Positions 37,588-48,272 of a stretch of 64,000 nt of DNA are shown here, piece by piece. The position numbers and the translations under genes are program-made. The first letter of the stretch is position 1. Each line of letters starts with the position of its first letter. The notes under the pieces are model-generated. The model had not been told where the DNA came from. It was given only the letters and a program-made list of their open reading frames with translations, and searched no databases. The DNA comes from Candidatus Parcubacteria bacterium (GTDB lineage Bacteria > Patescibacteriota > Minisyncoccia > Phycocordibacterales > UBA918), in assembly GCA_046050355.1 (NCBI GenBank), contig JBJOPW010000003.1:21760-85759 (forward strand), in the 5' to 3' direction.

Positions 37588-38067
37588 TTATGTATGCAAC
37601 CCTTCAAAGAGATACCGTAATACTCCATCACCAAGCTTGCTGGACAAAAAGTCTTGTCCTAATCCTGTCGGTCGTATCGTACGGCTTTCGTCGGTCGTCA
37701 CCCAATTCACACGAGCCAGTTCGTGTGCATGGGTCGGGGTGTCCCCTAGGGTACGATAGTCAGCCGCATTATCGATAGCAAAGAAAAACTCCACTGCATG
37801 TTTTCCATTGTCTTGTGTGTAGTTGTGAATATACAGGAGTGAGCCAACCACCGGTATCACTCCGAGTTCTTCTTCAAGCTCGCGAATCAGTCCGGCTTTA
37901 ATATCCTCACCCCACTCCAAGTGACCACCAGGTAACACGAGCACGCCCTCCTTGCCGACATGCTCCACAAGGAGTAACTCGCCCTTATCCAGAATAATGC
38001 CACGGCAGCGGACAACAAACTTTTTTTCCATACTCTCTGGGTTACTTACTTCCATAATGCCAACCAC
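37588..38067 (-). CDS. NUDIX hydrolase
   Basis: LPGGHLEWGE..RELEEELG box; real start probably near 38031. Confidence 0.9.
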   Translation of the reverse strand: MVGIMEVSNPESMEKKFVVRCRGIILDKGELLLVEHVGKEGVLVLPGGHLEWGEDIKAGLIRELEEELGVIPVVGSLLYIHNYTQDNGKHAVEFFFAIDNAADYRTLGDTPTHAHELARVNWVTTDESRTIRPTGLGQDFLSSKLGDGVLRYLFEGLHT

Positions 38068-38408
38068 ACACCAATGTAGTGAACCACAACATAGAGGAAG
38101 AAGATGTACCCAAGCACACCAACAATCAGGGTGAGGGCGAGGTAATTAATAATTTCATTGCGACGACGCTTCGCTTCATCGATAGTACAGATACCTTTCT
38201 TTCGCGTTAGATAGTAGTAGAGAGAACCCATAAGGGCGAGGAGACCGGTGCCACGAAACAACCACTTATAGTCACCGTAAAGGGTGTCAGCCAATGATGA
38301 CGCAAAGCTTGCGCTCGCGACACCAAGAAGTACCAAAATCACCGGTGAGAGACAGCAAAGTGACGCCAAGAGTACCGGCAGACTCGAAATCTTAAATATA
38401 TCTTTCAT
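38046..38408 (-). CDS. MerT/MerF-like small membrane protein
   Basis: ASLCCLSP in the first TM; 3 TM segments. Confidence 0.6.
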   Translation of the reverse strand: MKDIFKISSLPVLLASLCCLSPVILVLLGVASASFASSLADTLYGDYKWLFRGTGLLALMGSLYYYLTRKKGICTIDEAKRRRNEIINYLALTLIVGVLGYIFFLYVVVHYIGVWLALWK

Positions 38409-38417
38409 ATGTAGCTA

Positions 38418-39623
38418 TTATACGGCAGACAGCCACAACCCATACCCAGCAGCTTCCATCTCGGCCTGCGGGATAAAGCGAAGCGCCGCCCCATTCATAC
38501 AGTACCGTTGACCACCCCGGTCGGCTGGACCGTCTGGAAAGACGTGTCCAAGATGCGAGTCAGCAAAGCGTGAACGAACCTCCGTACGGGTAGAAAAGAG
38601 TTTTTTGTCTTCATGGAGCGTGACTACCTCGTCGCTGATGGGACGTACAAACGACGGCCAGCCAGTTCCCGAATCATACTTGTCTCGTGAAGAAAACAGT
38701 GGTTCGCCGGAAACAATATCAACATAAATACCGGCCTCGTAATTTTTATCAAGCTCGCTGGTACTCGAGCGCTCGGTGCTATCTTCCTGCGTCACACGGT
38801 ACGATACGTCAGATAAAATTTGTCGTAACTCCGCTTCCCCAGGCTTTACAAAATTGTTCCAACTCTCAGCAGTAAACGGTGTTTGCATAGTATTTTTATT
38901 TACGTTACTAACTTCAGGCCCAGTCGAGAATTCAAATGTATCTGCACTACTGCCCCAAACACTTTGATAAAACTTAGTTCGTCCTGATGCAGCTCGATAA
39001 TAATTGTAGCGAACCGGATTTTTGACTGCATAGTCTTGATGGTAATCCTCGGCAGCAAAAAATGCTGGCCTTGGTAACAGTGCTATCGTCACTGGTTCGC
39101 TATATTTGCCGGCGGCATTAACCGCCTCTATCACTTGTTTAGCCGCCTCCTGTTCTTCGTCTGTTTCGTAGTACACCGCCGGTGCATACTGTACCCCGCG
39201 ATCATAAAACGATCCTTCGGCATCAGTGGGGTCGCCGTGTTTCAATATATGTTCAACGAGGTTTTTGTATGATACCACCGTCGGATCATAGGTGACTTCG
39301 ACTACCTCACGATGTCCTCCCGCCGCATAGTTTTCGTAGGTAGGACTATCGGTAGTACCGCCAGCATACCCCGAGACCACAGCAACGACACCAGCCACTG
39401 CCTCCAAATCATGCTCAACACACCAGAAACAACCATTGGCGAGGATTGCACTGGCGGTATTGGTGGCTACGATGTTCACATGCGGCGTAACGACAGGTTC
39501 ACGCAGGATTGGCGTTGAAACGTTTTCCGGCAACCACAACATCACTCCTAAAACGAGAAAGGTTCCCATCACCGCAAATCCAACCAAGAGTTTAGGAAGC
39601 GGCATAGCAGTCAAAGTACACAC
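38418..39623 (-). CDS. msrAB: Exported bifunctional methionine sulfoxide reductase
   Basis: [31 protein letters not shown]; N-terminal TM. Confidence 0.95.
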   Translation of the reverse strand: MCTLTAMPLPKLLVGFAVMGTFLVLGVMLWLPENVSTPILREPVVTPHVNIVATNTASAILANGCFWCVEHDLEAVAGVVAVVSGYAGGTTDSPTYENYAAGGHREVVEVTYDPTVVSYKNLVEHILKHGDPTDAEGSFYDRGVQYAPAVYYETDEEQEAAKQVIEAVNAAGKYSEPVTIALLPRPAFFAAEDYHQDYAVKNPVRYNYYRAASGRTKFYQSVWGSSADTFEFSTGPEVSNVNKNTMQTPFTAESWNNFVKPGEAELRQILSDVSYRVTQEDSTERSSTSELDKNYEAGIYVDIVSGEPLFSSRDKYDSGTGWPSFVRPISDEVVTLHEDKKLFSTRTEVRSRFADSHLGHVFPDGPADRGGQRYCMNGAALRFIPQAEMEAAGYGLWLSAV

Positions 39624-40368
39624 TATTCGAGACTAAAGGTGGCGCGTGTTGTCACCATTACTTCTTTGTTCAGTGAACCGGTATCGTATGAGCCGTAGTC
39701 ACTAATATCTACCCCACCCTGTGGCAATACCTGGACCACGCCACCCACCGCATTACGCAACATCCCAACCTCTCGTCCTGATTCAGAGGCAATGGCTTCG
39801 GCTCGAGCAGTGGCGTCTTTGATGGCTTCAGAGAGGAGCGAGACCCGCATTTCATCAAGCTTACTGTAGGTGAGTTCAAGTCCTCCGGTAGTCACCACAT
39901 ACCCATCGCCATTGAGGGGACTGAGGTCGTTTGCGAGCGCAGTCAATTTTGCCACGTCACTGCCGCGGACAATCACGCTCCGGTTAATGGTATACCCAGT
40001 CTGTACCGCCTCGGCGTTTTGTGGGTAGTAGTACGTCGCACTAATGTTGCCGGCCGGTGTTTCAAAGTCAGTATGACCTTCTTTAGTCAAATACGACGTG
40101 ACTTTTTCGACCGCTCGACCGAGTCGCTCCACCCCTGCCTGCTGATCACCCAAACCAGTCTTTGTTTCGAGATTGATAATGAGTCGACCAGTATCTGCTA
40201 CTACCGCCTCTTTGGCTGAGCCAGTCACCTCAATGGTATCGCTCGCCAGTTTGATATCGTAAAGTACCTGACCACCGTACCAAACCATAAGTCCCAGTGC
40301 CAGTGACAGAATCGTAACGGCGGCTACCCGCGGTTCACTATATAATCAAACAATTTATTAAAATGCAT
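39623..40368 (-). CDS. SIMPL (DUF541) domain protein, apparent frameshift near 40340
   Basis: [21 protein letters not shown]; the ATG at 40368 is out of frame with the TM-coding segment. Confidence 0.75.
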
Positions 40369-40393
40369 ATACCACAGTATAGCACTGGCGGTA

Positions 40394-41956
40394 TTACCTG
40401 TCTGCCGCTACCTCGATATCTACTACTTCTTTTGTGATAAGTGATTCACTCACGGCAATATTGTCTTGCAGACGCTTGAGGATTTTTATTTCTTCCCGAG
40501 TGAGCTTGCGCTTTTTACTCGCTTTTTCAAGGGATTCTATATCAACCTCAAGATCTGCTTTAAGCAGGGTAAATGACTTATGCACCATCATCCGAGCTTC
40601 GGTGATTTCGGTATGGAGTCTCTTTTTGAAGCCTGTAAACGTGCGCCAACTCCAGAGCAACATCAGTCCCGTGAGTACAAGGAGTATGAGACTTGGCACC
40701 ACAATCGCCAACACCGTTGCTGCTACGACACCAGTATTCAACGTCATCGTCTCGCCAAAGAGTGATCGGATTGGTGTTTCTTGGGGTGTCGATGTTGTCA
40801 CTGCCGAAGAGACGTCAGCAATAGTGATTGTCTCAGTGCGAGACAAAATATTACCAGCCTGGTCGATAGCCCGTATGGTGACACTATGCTCACCGACGGT
40901 AAGCCCACTAAACTTGTATATAGGTCTATTACCGTCAATCAAAATTGGTTCGCTGTCACCGACAACTACTTCATAGCGCATAATCCCAGAAATGCCATCA
41001 AAGGCGGTGAAACCAAACACATTATCGCCGAGATTGGTTACTGCCATTTTTTCTGGTGGCGTTGTATCAACTTGGAGCTTGTAGTGTTCTATAGCTCCCC
41101 AACCGGATGCCGTTTTGTACTGTACATGGAGGTATGAAATGCCCTCAGCCAAATCCTCAATCGTGCGGCTGGTAATTGGTGGCGTGTAGACTACAGTCGG
41201 CACTGAATCTGGTTGTTCGTCTACCAAGAGTCGCATCGCTACCACATCATCAGTCAGGGCAAAATTAAATGTACCAGTCGTTTCTTTTGACCAACTATCT
41301 GGAGCATGGCTCAAGGACTCGACTTTTGATACCGGCTGATTATTTACGCCATCATCAGTCACCAAGGTAACAGGCTGTATCCCTGTCCCTGACGGCTTTG
41401 TTTCCACCACTGGTGCAGATGGCGTATCAACTACCGGAGCTGGTTCAGTCAGCTGGTACGTCGCGCTACCGCGGCTTTGTAATATTTCGGTACCCAGTCC
41501 ATCATTGGCGAGCACTGACGCAGTACTGTAACTGAGTACCGCGGTCCCCACCGCTTTTACTCTAAAGGTTACCGTCAAAATCGCACCGCCCTGACCGGTA
41601 TAACCTGGATTGAGGCTAATACCTTCAAAATTGATAGTGCCGGCACTATTTGAAAACGATGGTTCTACGACCCAGAGTGAAATGAGGGAGTGACTTTTTG
41701 ACACCGACACCACCTCGAGTTGATTTGATGGAAACGACACTGTACCCGATACTGCATTCACTGCCTTGTCGCTACTCCCCACCGTGATAGTTGTAACAAT
41801 CGTCGACCCAACAGCATACGAACCGCTCGTTCGATCAAAGGATAAACTTGCCGCCGCAGTTATCGCCGGCATAGCAAATACAACGAGGAAGCCACTAAGG
41901 ATTACACCAAGCGAGTACGGTAATAAGTACGAGCAAAATAAAGACCGAGTAGACAC
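40394..41956 (-). CDS. Secreted cohesin-domain protein with Ig-like domains and C-terminal TM/coiled coil
   Basis: Signal peptide, VNAVSGTVSF..LWVVEP..VLANDGLGT, DTTPP, TM. Confidence 0.75.
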   Translation of the reverse strand: MSTRSLFCSYLLPYSLGVILSGFLVVFAMPAITAAASLSFDRTSGSYAVGSTIVTTITVGSSDKAVNAVSGTVSFPSNQLEVVSVSKSHSLISLWVVEPSFSNSAGTINFEGISLNPGYTGQGGAILTVTFRVKAVGTAVLSYSTASVLANDGLGTEILQSRGSATYQLTEPAPVVDTPSAPVVETKPSGTGIQPVTLVTDDGVNNQPVSKVESLSHAPDSWSKETTGTFNFALTDDVVAMRLLVDEQPDSVPTVVYTPPITSRTIEDLAEGISYLHVQYKTASGWGAIEHYKLQVDTTPPEKMAVTNLGDNVFGFTAFDGISGIMRYEVVVGDSEPILIDGNRPIYKFSGLTVGEHSVTIRAIDQAGNILSRTETITIADVSSAVTTSTPQETPIRSLFGETMTLNTGVVAATVLAIVVPSLILLVLTGLMLLWSWRTFTGFKKRLHTEITEARMMVHKSFTLLKADLEVDIESLEKASKKRKLTREEIKILKRLQDNIAVSESLITKEVVDIEVAADR

Positions 41957-42768
41957 AATACTAGTATACCGATAATGCGGAGAGACTGTTCATACTGACC
42001 AACCCCATTTTGGGGATAGAGTACGGCGGTGCGCGTGTTACCATTTTTATCAACGGCCTTTACATAAATCTTTTTATCAAGATTTTGATGCTGTAACTCG
42101 TACGGACTTTCTGTTTGCTGGTAGGTACCAAACCAACCTTCTTTCACCGCCATGTAATCAAGGCCAGAGCCTTTGTCTTCGGTAGCAAATATAAGCGTCC
42201 ACGCTCCCCCAAACATATCCGGGTCGCGAACAATTTGTGGTGTAAAAGCTTCTGGTAGTTCATCATCAACCATTTGTATTGACACCATGGACGGACCAGC
42301 CACCACCGCCAGATGCAGGTTTTCTACTTGAGTCTTTGCTGGTGTACCCATCCCATCATGGAGGAGAATTTCATGAGTAGTGATATCAATCTTGCCCTGA
42401 CCTAGAGCGGTGGCTTTGAAGTGTAGCGTGATAACGGTTATCGCTTCGCCGCTAAATCCACCCGGGGTAATACCGCTGAGAACAATTTTTCCTTTGGTTT
42501 CTTCTTTTGGTCGTTCTACCCAGAGCGAGACGACCGAATCACCGTCATCAAAATCAACAAATTCAAGAAACTCAGTCGGGTACGTAAGGGCCATACCGAC
42601 AGTATTCATTGTTTGCCCTTCAGTATCAAGCACTACAGCAACTATCACATCATCACCAACCCGCGAAGTCTTAAAATCACTTTGGAGCGTCAAATCAGCG
42701 GCCTGCACATACGGTACCCAAACAAAAAGCGCTAATCCACATATTCCCACTAGTAAAATCTGTCGCAT
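41902..42768 (-). CDS. Cohesin-domain surface protein
   Basis: Signal peptide, SVVSLWVERP, GITPGGF, LLHDGMGT, DKGSGLDY..VKAVDKNGN, C-terminal TM. Confidence 0.75.
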   Translation of the reverse strand: MRQILLVGICGLALFVWVPYVQAADLTLQSDFKTSRVGDDVIVAVVLDTEGQTMNTVGMALTYPTEFLEFVDFDDGDSVVSLWVERPKEETKGKIVLSGITPGGFSGEAITVITLHFKATALGQGKIDITTHEILLHDGMGTPAKTQVENLHLAVVAGPSMVSIQMVDDELPEAFTPQIVRDPDMFGGAWTLIFATEDKGSGLDYMAVKEGWFGTYQQTESPYELQHQNLDKKIYVKAVDKNGNTRTAVLYPQNGVGQYEQSLRIIGILVLCLLGLYFARTYYRTRLV

Positions 42769-42769
42769 A

Positions 42770-43819
42770 CTACCCGGTCCAATTAAATGCCAATATACTA
42801 AAGTCGACCAAGTTAATCTTGCCGTCACCATTAAGGTGTTTCGCTTCACGGAGTGCAAACTCTGGTGTCATTGACCGTAAGTACCAAAAAGCGGCAATAG
42901 AAAAATCAACCAGGTTAACCCGACAATCCGCATTAAGATCAGCGCGCGGGCTACACTCTACTGATGCTTCACGATACACATCTTTGGTGCCAACCGAAAA
43001 AGCATACGCCGCACTCTGTGAAGAAATCGTGTCTTCGATACTCGAGCGCGCTTTGGCGTGATGCTCCCCCACTTCGAGTACCGATGAATCAAAACTACGC
43101 AGGTACACACCATCAGTACCAGCGGTAGTTTTTACAAAAAATTGTTGCTCAGAATTAACTTCTAGTGTTACGGCAGAGAGCGGGAAGCTCTGCCCAAAGA
43201 GGATGATCGGGTTTCCTTTTTTTACTTCAATTTTATCTCCCGTAATGGTAGGAGCGACATAGACACTTTCGATTTTGGCAAGAATGTTTCTGGTCACGGT
43301 GACTGGAAAGGTGAGCAGTGACGAACGAATCCCTTTGGTGTCTTCACTATAGAGTGAAAAAATGTAGGTACCAGCGGCTAGACCCCGCACGAGGACTTGA
43401 AACGTAGCGTTCTCATCCGCTATGGTAGTTGCTACTACCTGCGCATCCTTAAGAATCGTCACTTCACTGCCTGGATAAGCCCGACCAGTAATCACCACTT
43501 GGGCTCCACGGGTTTGACTGCCACCGCCACCTCCGCCGCCGCCACTTGGTGGCGTGTAGACACAGGAGAGGGTATTAAACAAACACGATGAGGTACAAGC
43601 AAGGACGCCGCTGGTGAATCCGCGTGACTGACACGAGGCACCACCAAAGTTTCCGCTATCACATTCTTCGCCGCTATCAATGATGCCATCCCCACATCCA
43701 GGCACTCGCCCTTCTATTATGACTGTACTACTACCAACTCCTTGAGCAAAAATTGTGTTTGTGTAAGCAAAAACCAGCACTAGTACCAACAACGCACTTC
43801 CCGTTAGCAAATACCGCAT
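42770..43819 (-). CDS. Secreted protein: Cys-rich repeat, Ig-like domains and C-terminal dockerin
   Basis: CGDGIIDSGEECD; two EF-hand-like repeats ADLNADCRVNLVDFS / HLNGDGKINLVDFS. Confidence 0.8.
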   Translation of the reverse strand: MRYLLTGSALLVLVLVFAYTNTIFAQGVGSSTVIIEGRVPGCGDGIIDSGEECDSGNFGGASCQSRGFTSGVLACTSSCLFNTLSCVYTPPSGGGGGGGGSQTRGAQVVITGRAYPGSEVTILKDAQVVATTIADENATFQVLVRGLAAGTYIFSLYSEDTKGIRSSLLTFPVTVTRNILAKIESVYVAPTITGDKIEVKKGNPIILFGQSFPLSAVTLEVNSEQQFFVKTTAGTDGVYLRSFDSSVLEVGEHHAKARSSIEDTISSQSAAYAFSVGTKDVYREASVECSPRADLNADCRVNLVDFSIAAFWYLRSMTPEFALREAKHLNGDGKINLVDFSILAFNWTG

Positions 43820-43825
43820 CGCACA

Positions 43826-44785
43826 TTAGCTACTCTTTTTACTTTTTGAGATAATCCACGCGTTGTATCGTTTGAGCAGAACGATAAGGATGATGATTGC
43901 GACCACAACGACGGTGAGGAGTTGCCATGGTACTAGCAAAAACCACAGCGAGTCACTGACCGTTTGATTGGTTGCGCCATAGACGACAGATAAGTTCGCT
44001 TTATACAAACCAAAGTGAAAATCACTGAGCTGATTTTTTACAGTACCAAAAAATGAAGTGGTGGTAGTAGCGCCTGCGAGACTGCCCCACACTGGTTCAA
44101 ACTTACGAGTGCTATTAGGCAACACACTTCCTTCGTTTATGTTGGCAGAGATAGTCGCAGCCGTTCCACCAAACATATTTTTGATCGTGATATCACCAAG
44201 CGGTACTACTCGGTCACCGCCACTGTTAGCAAAGCGGTATTGAAAACTAACCGGCAGATCAACCTGTAGACGAGAACCGGTAAGGGTAAAATCTTTGATA
44301 CCCGCCGCTTCAGGAATGTCTCCCGAGACACGCAGGAGAATGAGTACGCCGAGCTTCCCACCAATTGCTACTTCGCCAGCGGCTTCGATCTCTGGATCTT
44401 GTTCGCCCCAAAAGATAGCAGCAAAATACCCACCCGGTTCGGCATCATTTGGAATCGTGATGGTGAACGGTACTTTTTTGGTTTCGCCGGTGGCCAGTAG
44501 GACACTGGTTTCTGTTCCCAGCCAGGTAGCCAGCCCATCGGACCCGCCAATAAACTTTGGTGAGCCGGTATCACCACTTGGTTCAAAGTTTTCAAACGAT
44601 GAGAAAAAGGTCTTCGATCCAGCCTGCTCATTAAGCATCTCAAGTTCACCATGGAGGGTTTGTCCGGGGTCACCAGTCACCTCAATAGTCACCGGCGAAA
44701 TCGTCAGGGCCTTGGCTTCATGGTTCCCCACAAAAAAACATAACAAAAGTGCTGCGACCAATGTTATGTTTTTGAGTGATTTCAT
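43826..44785 (-). CDS. DUF916-like (WxL-interacting / PapD-like) membrane-anchored protein
   Basis: Signal peptide, LTISP..PGQ, IPNDAEPGGYFAAI, N.G..P.G.I.I.N.FG, VLP.S.R.F, C-terminal TM. Confidence 0.7.
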   Translation of the reverse strand: MKSLKNITLVAALLLCFFVGNHEAKALTISPVTIEVTGDPGQTLHGELEMLNEQAGSKTFFSSFENFEPSGDTGSPKFIGGSDGLATWLGTETSVLLATGETKKVPFTITIPNDAEPGGYFAAIFWGEQDPEIEAAGEVAIGGKLGVLILLRVSGDIPEAAGIKDFTLTGSRLQVDLPVSFQYRFANSGGDRVVPLGDITIKNMFGGTAATISANINEGSVLPNSTRKFEPVWGSLAGATTTTSFFGTVKNQLSDFHFGLYKANLSVVYGATNQTVSDSLWFLLVPWQLLTVVVVAIIILIVLLKRYNAWIISKSKKSS

Positions 44786-44830
44786 GAGAGGAATAATACC
44801 CTAATTTGGCGCCCCTGCAAGTATGGAGGC

Positions 44831-45898
44831 TTAGAAGTTGGCCGTAGCTACGTAGGTTACCGCGCCTGTATATGAACCGGCTTCAGTGTTCGCGGTAATG
44901 TTAGCAATATAACGAGCTGAGTATGTCGTGTTCGCCGATGCCCCTGAAGCTGAAGCGATAATATCAGGGAAGGCAGCAGTATCAAATGCAAATCCAGCAG
45001 CGGCGTAGGGAGCAACCACCGCACCAGAGCCACCGGTGGCTGTCATACGAAGACCAAATTGCTCAGTACCAACTGATGAGGCAGTGTTTGCTGCACCAAT
45101 TGCCGTGATGGTATTGGCCCCCGAGGTGAGCGTAGTACCACCAACGGTCATGGTGTAGCCATTGGCGGCGTTTGTACCAACAATCACATTGTGTGCTTCA
45201 CCTTCAGAACCTGCACCGGCACCAGTACCATCCGCAAAACGAGCAGCCGAAGCTGATAGTGTGCCAAAACCAATGGTAGTGTCAGAAATACTGAATGTCA
45301 GTGACTGGGGCACGGTAGCGGTAATATCAACTTGGTTACTCGTCAACATATTAACGGTCATATCACCCGCATCACCAAACGCCCCACTAATCGAGATTAC
45401 GTATGATCCCGGTGTTGATGGGTTGATTGCATTAGTTCCATCCATGGTGATGATGATTTTATCGCTTGGTGCTACAGCGGCTGCACCAACACCGTCAGTA
45501 GGCGCCGTGAGCGTCAAGACGCGGTTCTGTGTGGACGAGAATGCCGCTCCCCACGCTGTGGCTGAAGCCGAGGCGGCCAATGTTTCTGTACTTTCTGCAC
45601 CAGTGGTTGCACCGTGAGTAAATGTCACGGTACCAATCGTTTTACTCGTGAAGTTGAAGTCTGACGGGAAGGTAATGATGATCGTATCAGTGTTGTTGTT
45701 GGCTCCAGTCGGGGTCGTAAAGCGAATGGTATGGGTTGAGGTTGCGCTCACCGTCAATGACGACATCGTGTCTGAAGCATTGGTGATCGATGCAGCCCTT
45801 GCCACCTGCATTGGCACGATCGCCAACATAATAATGGCGACACTGAGAAGCAAACTGATGGTCTGCGTACTGTAATTTTGTAAAACGGATAAACTCAT
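44831..45898 (-). CDS. Secreted WxL/pilin-like beta-rich protein
   Basis: Signal peptide, Ala/Thr-rich, ends AGSYTGAVTYVATANF. Confidence 0.65.
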   Translation of the reverse strand: MSLSVLQNYSTQTISLLLSVAIIMLAIVPMQVARAASITNASDTMSSLTVSATSTHTIRFTTPTGANNNTDTIIITFPSDFNFTSKTIGTVTFTHGATTGAESTETLAASASATAWGAAFSSTQNRVLTLTAPTDGVGAAAVAPSDKIIITMDGTNAINPSTPGSYVISISGAFGDAGDMTVNMLTSNQVDITATVPQSLTFSISDTTIGFGTLSASAARFADGTGAGAGSEGEAHNVIVGTNAANGYTMTVGGTTLTSGANTITAIGAANTASSVGTEQFGLRMTATGGSGAVVAPYAAAGFAFDTAAFPDIIASASGASANTTYSARYIANITANTEAGSYTGAVTYVATANF

Positions 45899-46041
45899 AC
45901 GTTGGTGATAGAACTAAACAATAAATGCATGTAAATGAGACAGGTCAAAGTGACCACTTTTCCCATAGACCATTATACCCCACCAAGCCACGCTGGAACT
46001 GTTTACCTGTGTAGAAGATAGCCGTGTGGTCATGGTAGAAT

Positions 46042-47265
46042 GTGACCATCTATACTATGCTCCGAAACGTATTTGGACTCATTTCAACCGCCAACAAAGT
46101 CTTCAGTGTTCTTTTGTTATTCGCCCTTTCGGTGGCGATTTTTCGCTATGTCTATGCGGCTACTCCGAACCCCGGACACAATTTTAGCGCGATTGGCGGT
46201 GGAGCAGTCCAAGGTGATCTGCTCTATGGTTCAGCGGCCGATACGCTCTCAGCTCTCCCTAAAGATACTAACGCTACTCGTTACCTCTCAAATACTGGAG
46301 CGAGTAACAACCCCGCCTGGGCGCAGGTGAATCTCACAAATGGTGTGACAGGAATTTTGCCGGGTGCAAATGGCGGCACCGGCAATGGCTTCTTTGCCGT
46401 CAGCGGACCCGCTACTGCCCTGCGCACCTTTACCTTCCCTAATGCTGACGCCACCGTCCTCACAAGTAACGCCGCGGTGACAGTGGCTCAAGGAGGCACC
46501 GGCCTGACGACCTTGACTGTCAATAACCTCCTCGTTGGTAACGGGACCGGTAACGTTACCTTTATTGCCCCGTCAACTGATGGCAATATCCTCCAATCAA
46601 ACGGCACCACCTGGATTAGTACAACGGGAGGTGTGATTCACGGCCGCCAAACCCTCACCTCAGGTACTACCTATACACCAACCACCGGCACCAAAGAAAT
46701 TTGGATCCGCATGTGGGGTGGTGGTGGTGGTGGTGGTGGTTGTTCTGCTGTGGCTGGTTGTGCCGGCGGAGGTGGCGGTTCTGGCGGTTACGCTGAATAT
46801 TACCTCACCGGTGTCACCGGAACCTATACCTATGCTATTGGTGCCGCCGGAGCTGGGAACTCAGGTGCGGCCGGAGGAAACGGTGGTAACACCACCTTTA
46901 ACACCGGTGTTACCACCATCACTGCCTTTGGTGGTACGGGTGGAACCTTTACCGCCGGTACAGCCGCGATCAAATTTATGCCTGGTGGAGCTGGTGGCGT
47001 GATTTCAACCAATGGTCACGTTAACGGTGCTGGCGCCCCAGGAGACAACGGTATGACCAGTACCGTAAACACGGTGGTGATGTCAGGCGCTGGAGGTGCT
47101 ACTGCTCTTGGGGGCGCTGGTAACGGTCGTAACACCACCGGTGCCGGGAACGCCGCCATCGCCAACACCGGCTCTGGTGGTGGTGGCGCTGCCGCTGCGG
47201 CCGCCACGGCCAATGCTGGTGGCGCTGGTGCTGCTGGTGTCATTATTATCACTGAATTTAGATAA
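46042..47265 (+). CDS. Secreted glycine-rich fibre/adhesin-like protein
   Basis: Signal/TM; repeats resembling phage tail-fibre segments (VAQGGTG); Gly-rich C-terminus ending GVIIITEF. Confidence 0.7.
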   Translation: MTIYTMLRNVFGLISTANKVFSVLLLFALSVAIFRYVYAATPNPGHNFSAIGGGAVQGDLLYGSAADTLSALPKDTNATRYLSNTGASNNPAWAQVNLTNGVTGILPGANGGTGNGFFAVSGPATALRTFTFPNADATVLTSNAAVTVAQGGTGLTTLTVNNLLVGNGTGNVTFIAPSTDGNILQSNGTTWISTTGGVIHGRQTLTSGTTYTPTTGTKEIWIRMWGGGGGGGGCSAVAGCAGGGGGSGGYAEYYLTGVTGTYTYAIGAAGAGNSGAAGGNGGNTTFNTGVTTITAFGGTGGTFTAGTAAIKFMPGGAGGVISTNGHVNGAGAPGDNGMTSTVNTVVMSGAGGATALGGAGNGRNTTGAGNAAIANTGSGGGGAAAAAATANAGGAGAAGVIIITEFR

Positions 47266-47267
47266 CA

Positions 47268-48272
47268 ATGACTGCACGTCTGTACCACCAACCAAGCCCG
47301 CTCTTACTCTTTCCAGTCTTCTTACTGCTGATTATTTTTTGTATACCAACTACCCACGGACAAACACCAACAGAAACACCCGACATCGCCACACCGGTGG
47401 TTTCTACACCAAACTTTCTACTCGATACACCCATTTTCACAAACGTTGAACAGTCTGCCGTGCTGTTGACGCCGACGTTTTCTGATAATAGTACCAACCT
47501 TGCCTTTTATCTTCGTTGCCCGCACACTCTGTGTGGGAATGAAGACCTGTCGGCATCACCGTATTACCAATTTAGTGCCGAAAATATTGGTCGCGGTAGC
47601 CTCCCCTTTAGTGAGTACTGGGCGCCACCCACTGCCACCGACTATGCGGTAATTGAATATGCCAACGACAACCAGCAATTTAGTTGCTCGGGACTGACGT
47701 TTGAGGCCTGTCTTGCTGATACACATTTTGTGCAGGTATTTTATTTTGCTGTGGTTGACGATAGTAGCACCATCACCCCCGAACTACGCGCCGAAAAAGA
47801 ACGTCTCAACAATCCAAATCCGCTGAGTGCAGAGGCAGATACCGCAGCCGTCAGTGAAGAGCTGCGGTTACTCTCGATCAATCTCTCCTCTACTTCTATC
47901 AGTTCTGACCTCGATAACGGACTGATCGTGACCGCTTCACTCGATGGCATCCCAAGTGTCGTACTCGCCTCTGATAGTACCAGTAGCACGGCAACAGCGA
48001 CAGACAGTACTCCTGAAAGCAGTTCTCCGATCAAGGATTTTTTTGCTGATGTTGTTGAAACGGTAGTGGGATTATTTACCGAACCAGACACGCCTCCCCC
48101 ACCAACTGAAACGGTCACACCTCCTGAGTCTGTCCCGCCACCAGTCACCCCAAGCGACCTTGAACCAACCACAACCAACGACACACCATCGCCATCTTTT
48201 CTCGATACGGTACAATCATTCATATCGACGGATGTAACCACCCCAGACGATGTCACGACTGCTTCATTCTAA
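47268..48272 (+). CDS. Secreted hypothetical protein with Pro/Thr/Ser-rich tail
   Basis: Signal peptide, Cys pairs, low-complexity C-terminus. Confidence 0.65.
   Translation: MTARLYHQPSPLLLFPVFLLLIIFCIPTTHGQTPTETPDIATPVVSTPNFLLDTPIFTNVEQSAVLLTPTFSDNSTNLAFYLRCPHTLCGNEDLSASPYYQFSAENIGRGSLPFSEYWAPPTATDYAVIEYANDNQQFSCSGLTFEACLADTHFVQVFYFAVVDDSSTITPELRAEKERLNNPNPLSAEADTAAVSEELRLLSINLSSTSISSDLDNGLIVTASLDGIPSVVLASDSTSSTATATDSTPESSSPIKDFFADVVETVVGLFTEPDTPPPPTETVTPPESVPPPVTPSDLEPTTTNDTPSPSFLDTVQSFISTDVTTPDDVTTASF

Noticed and set aside
46717-46740. (GGT)n tract as a phase-variation repeat
   Set aside because: In-frame trinucleotide repeat encoding the poly-Gly of the glycine-rich domain
46042-47265. 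Prophage suggested by the tail-fibre-like protein
   Set aside because: No capsid, terminase, portal or integrase genes nearby; the protein has a signal/TM segment
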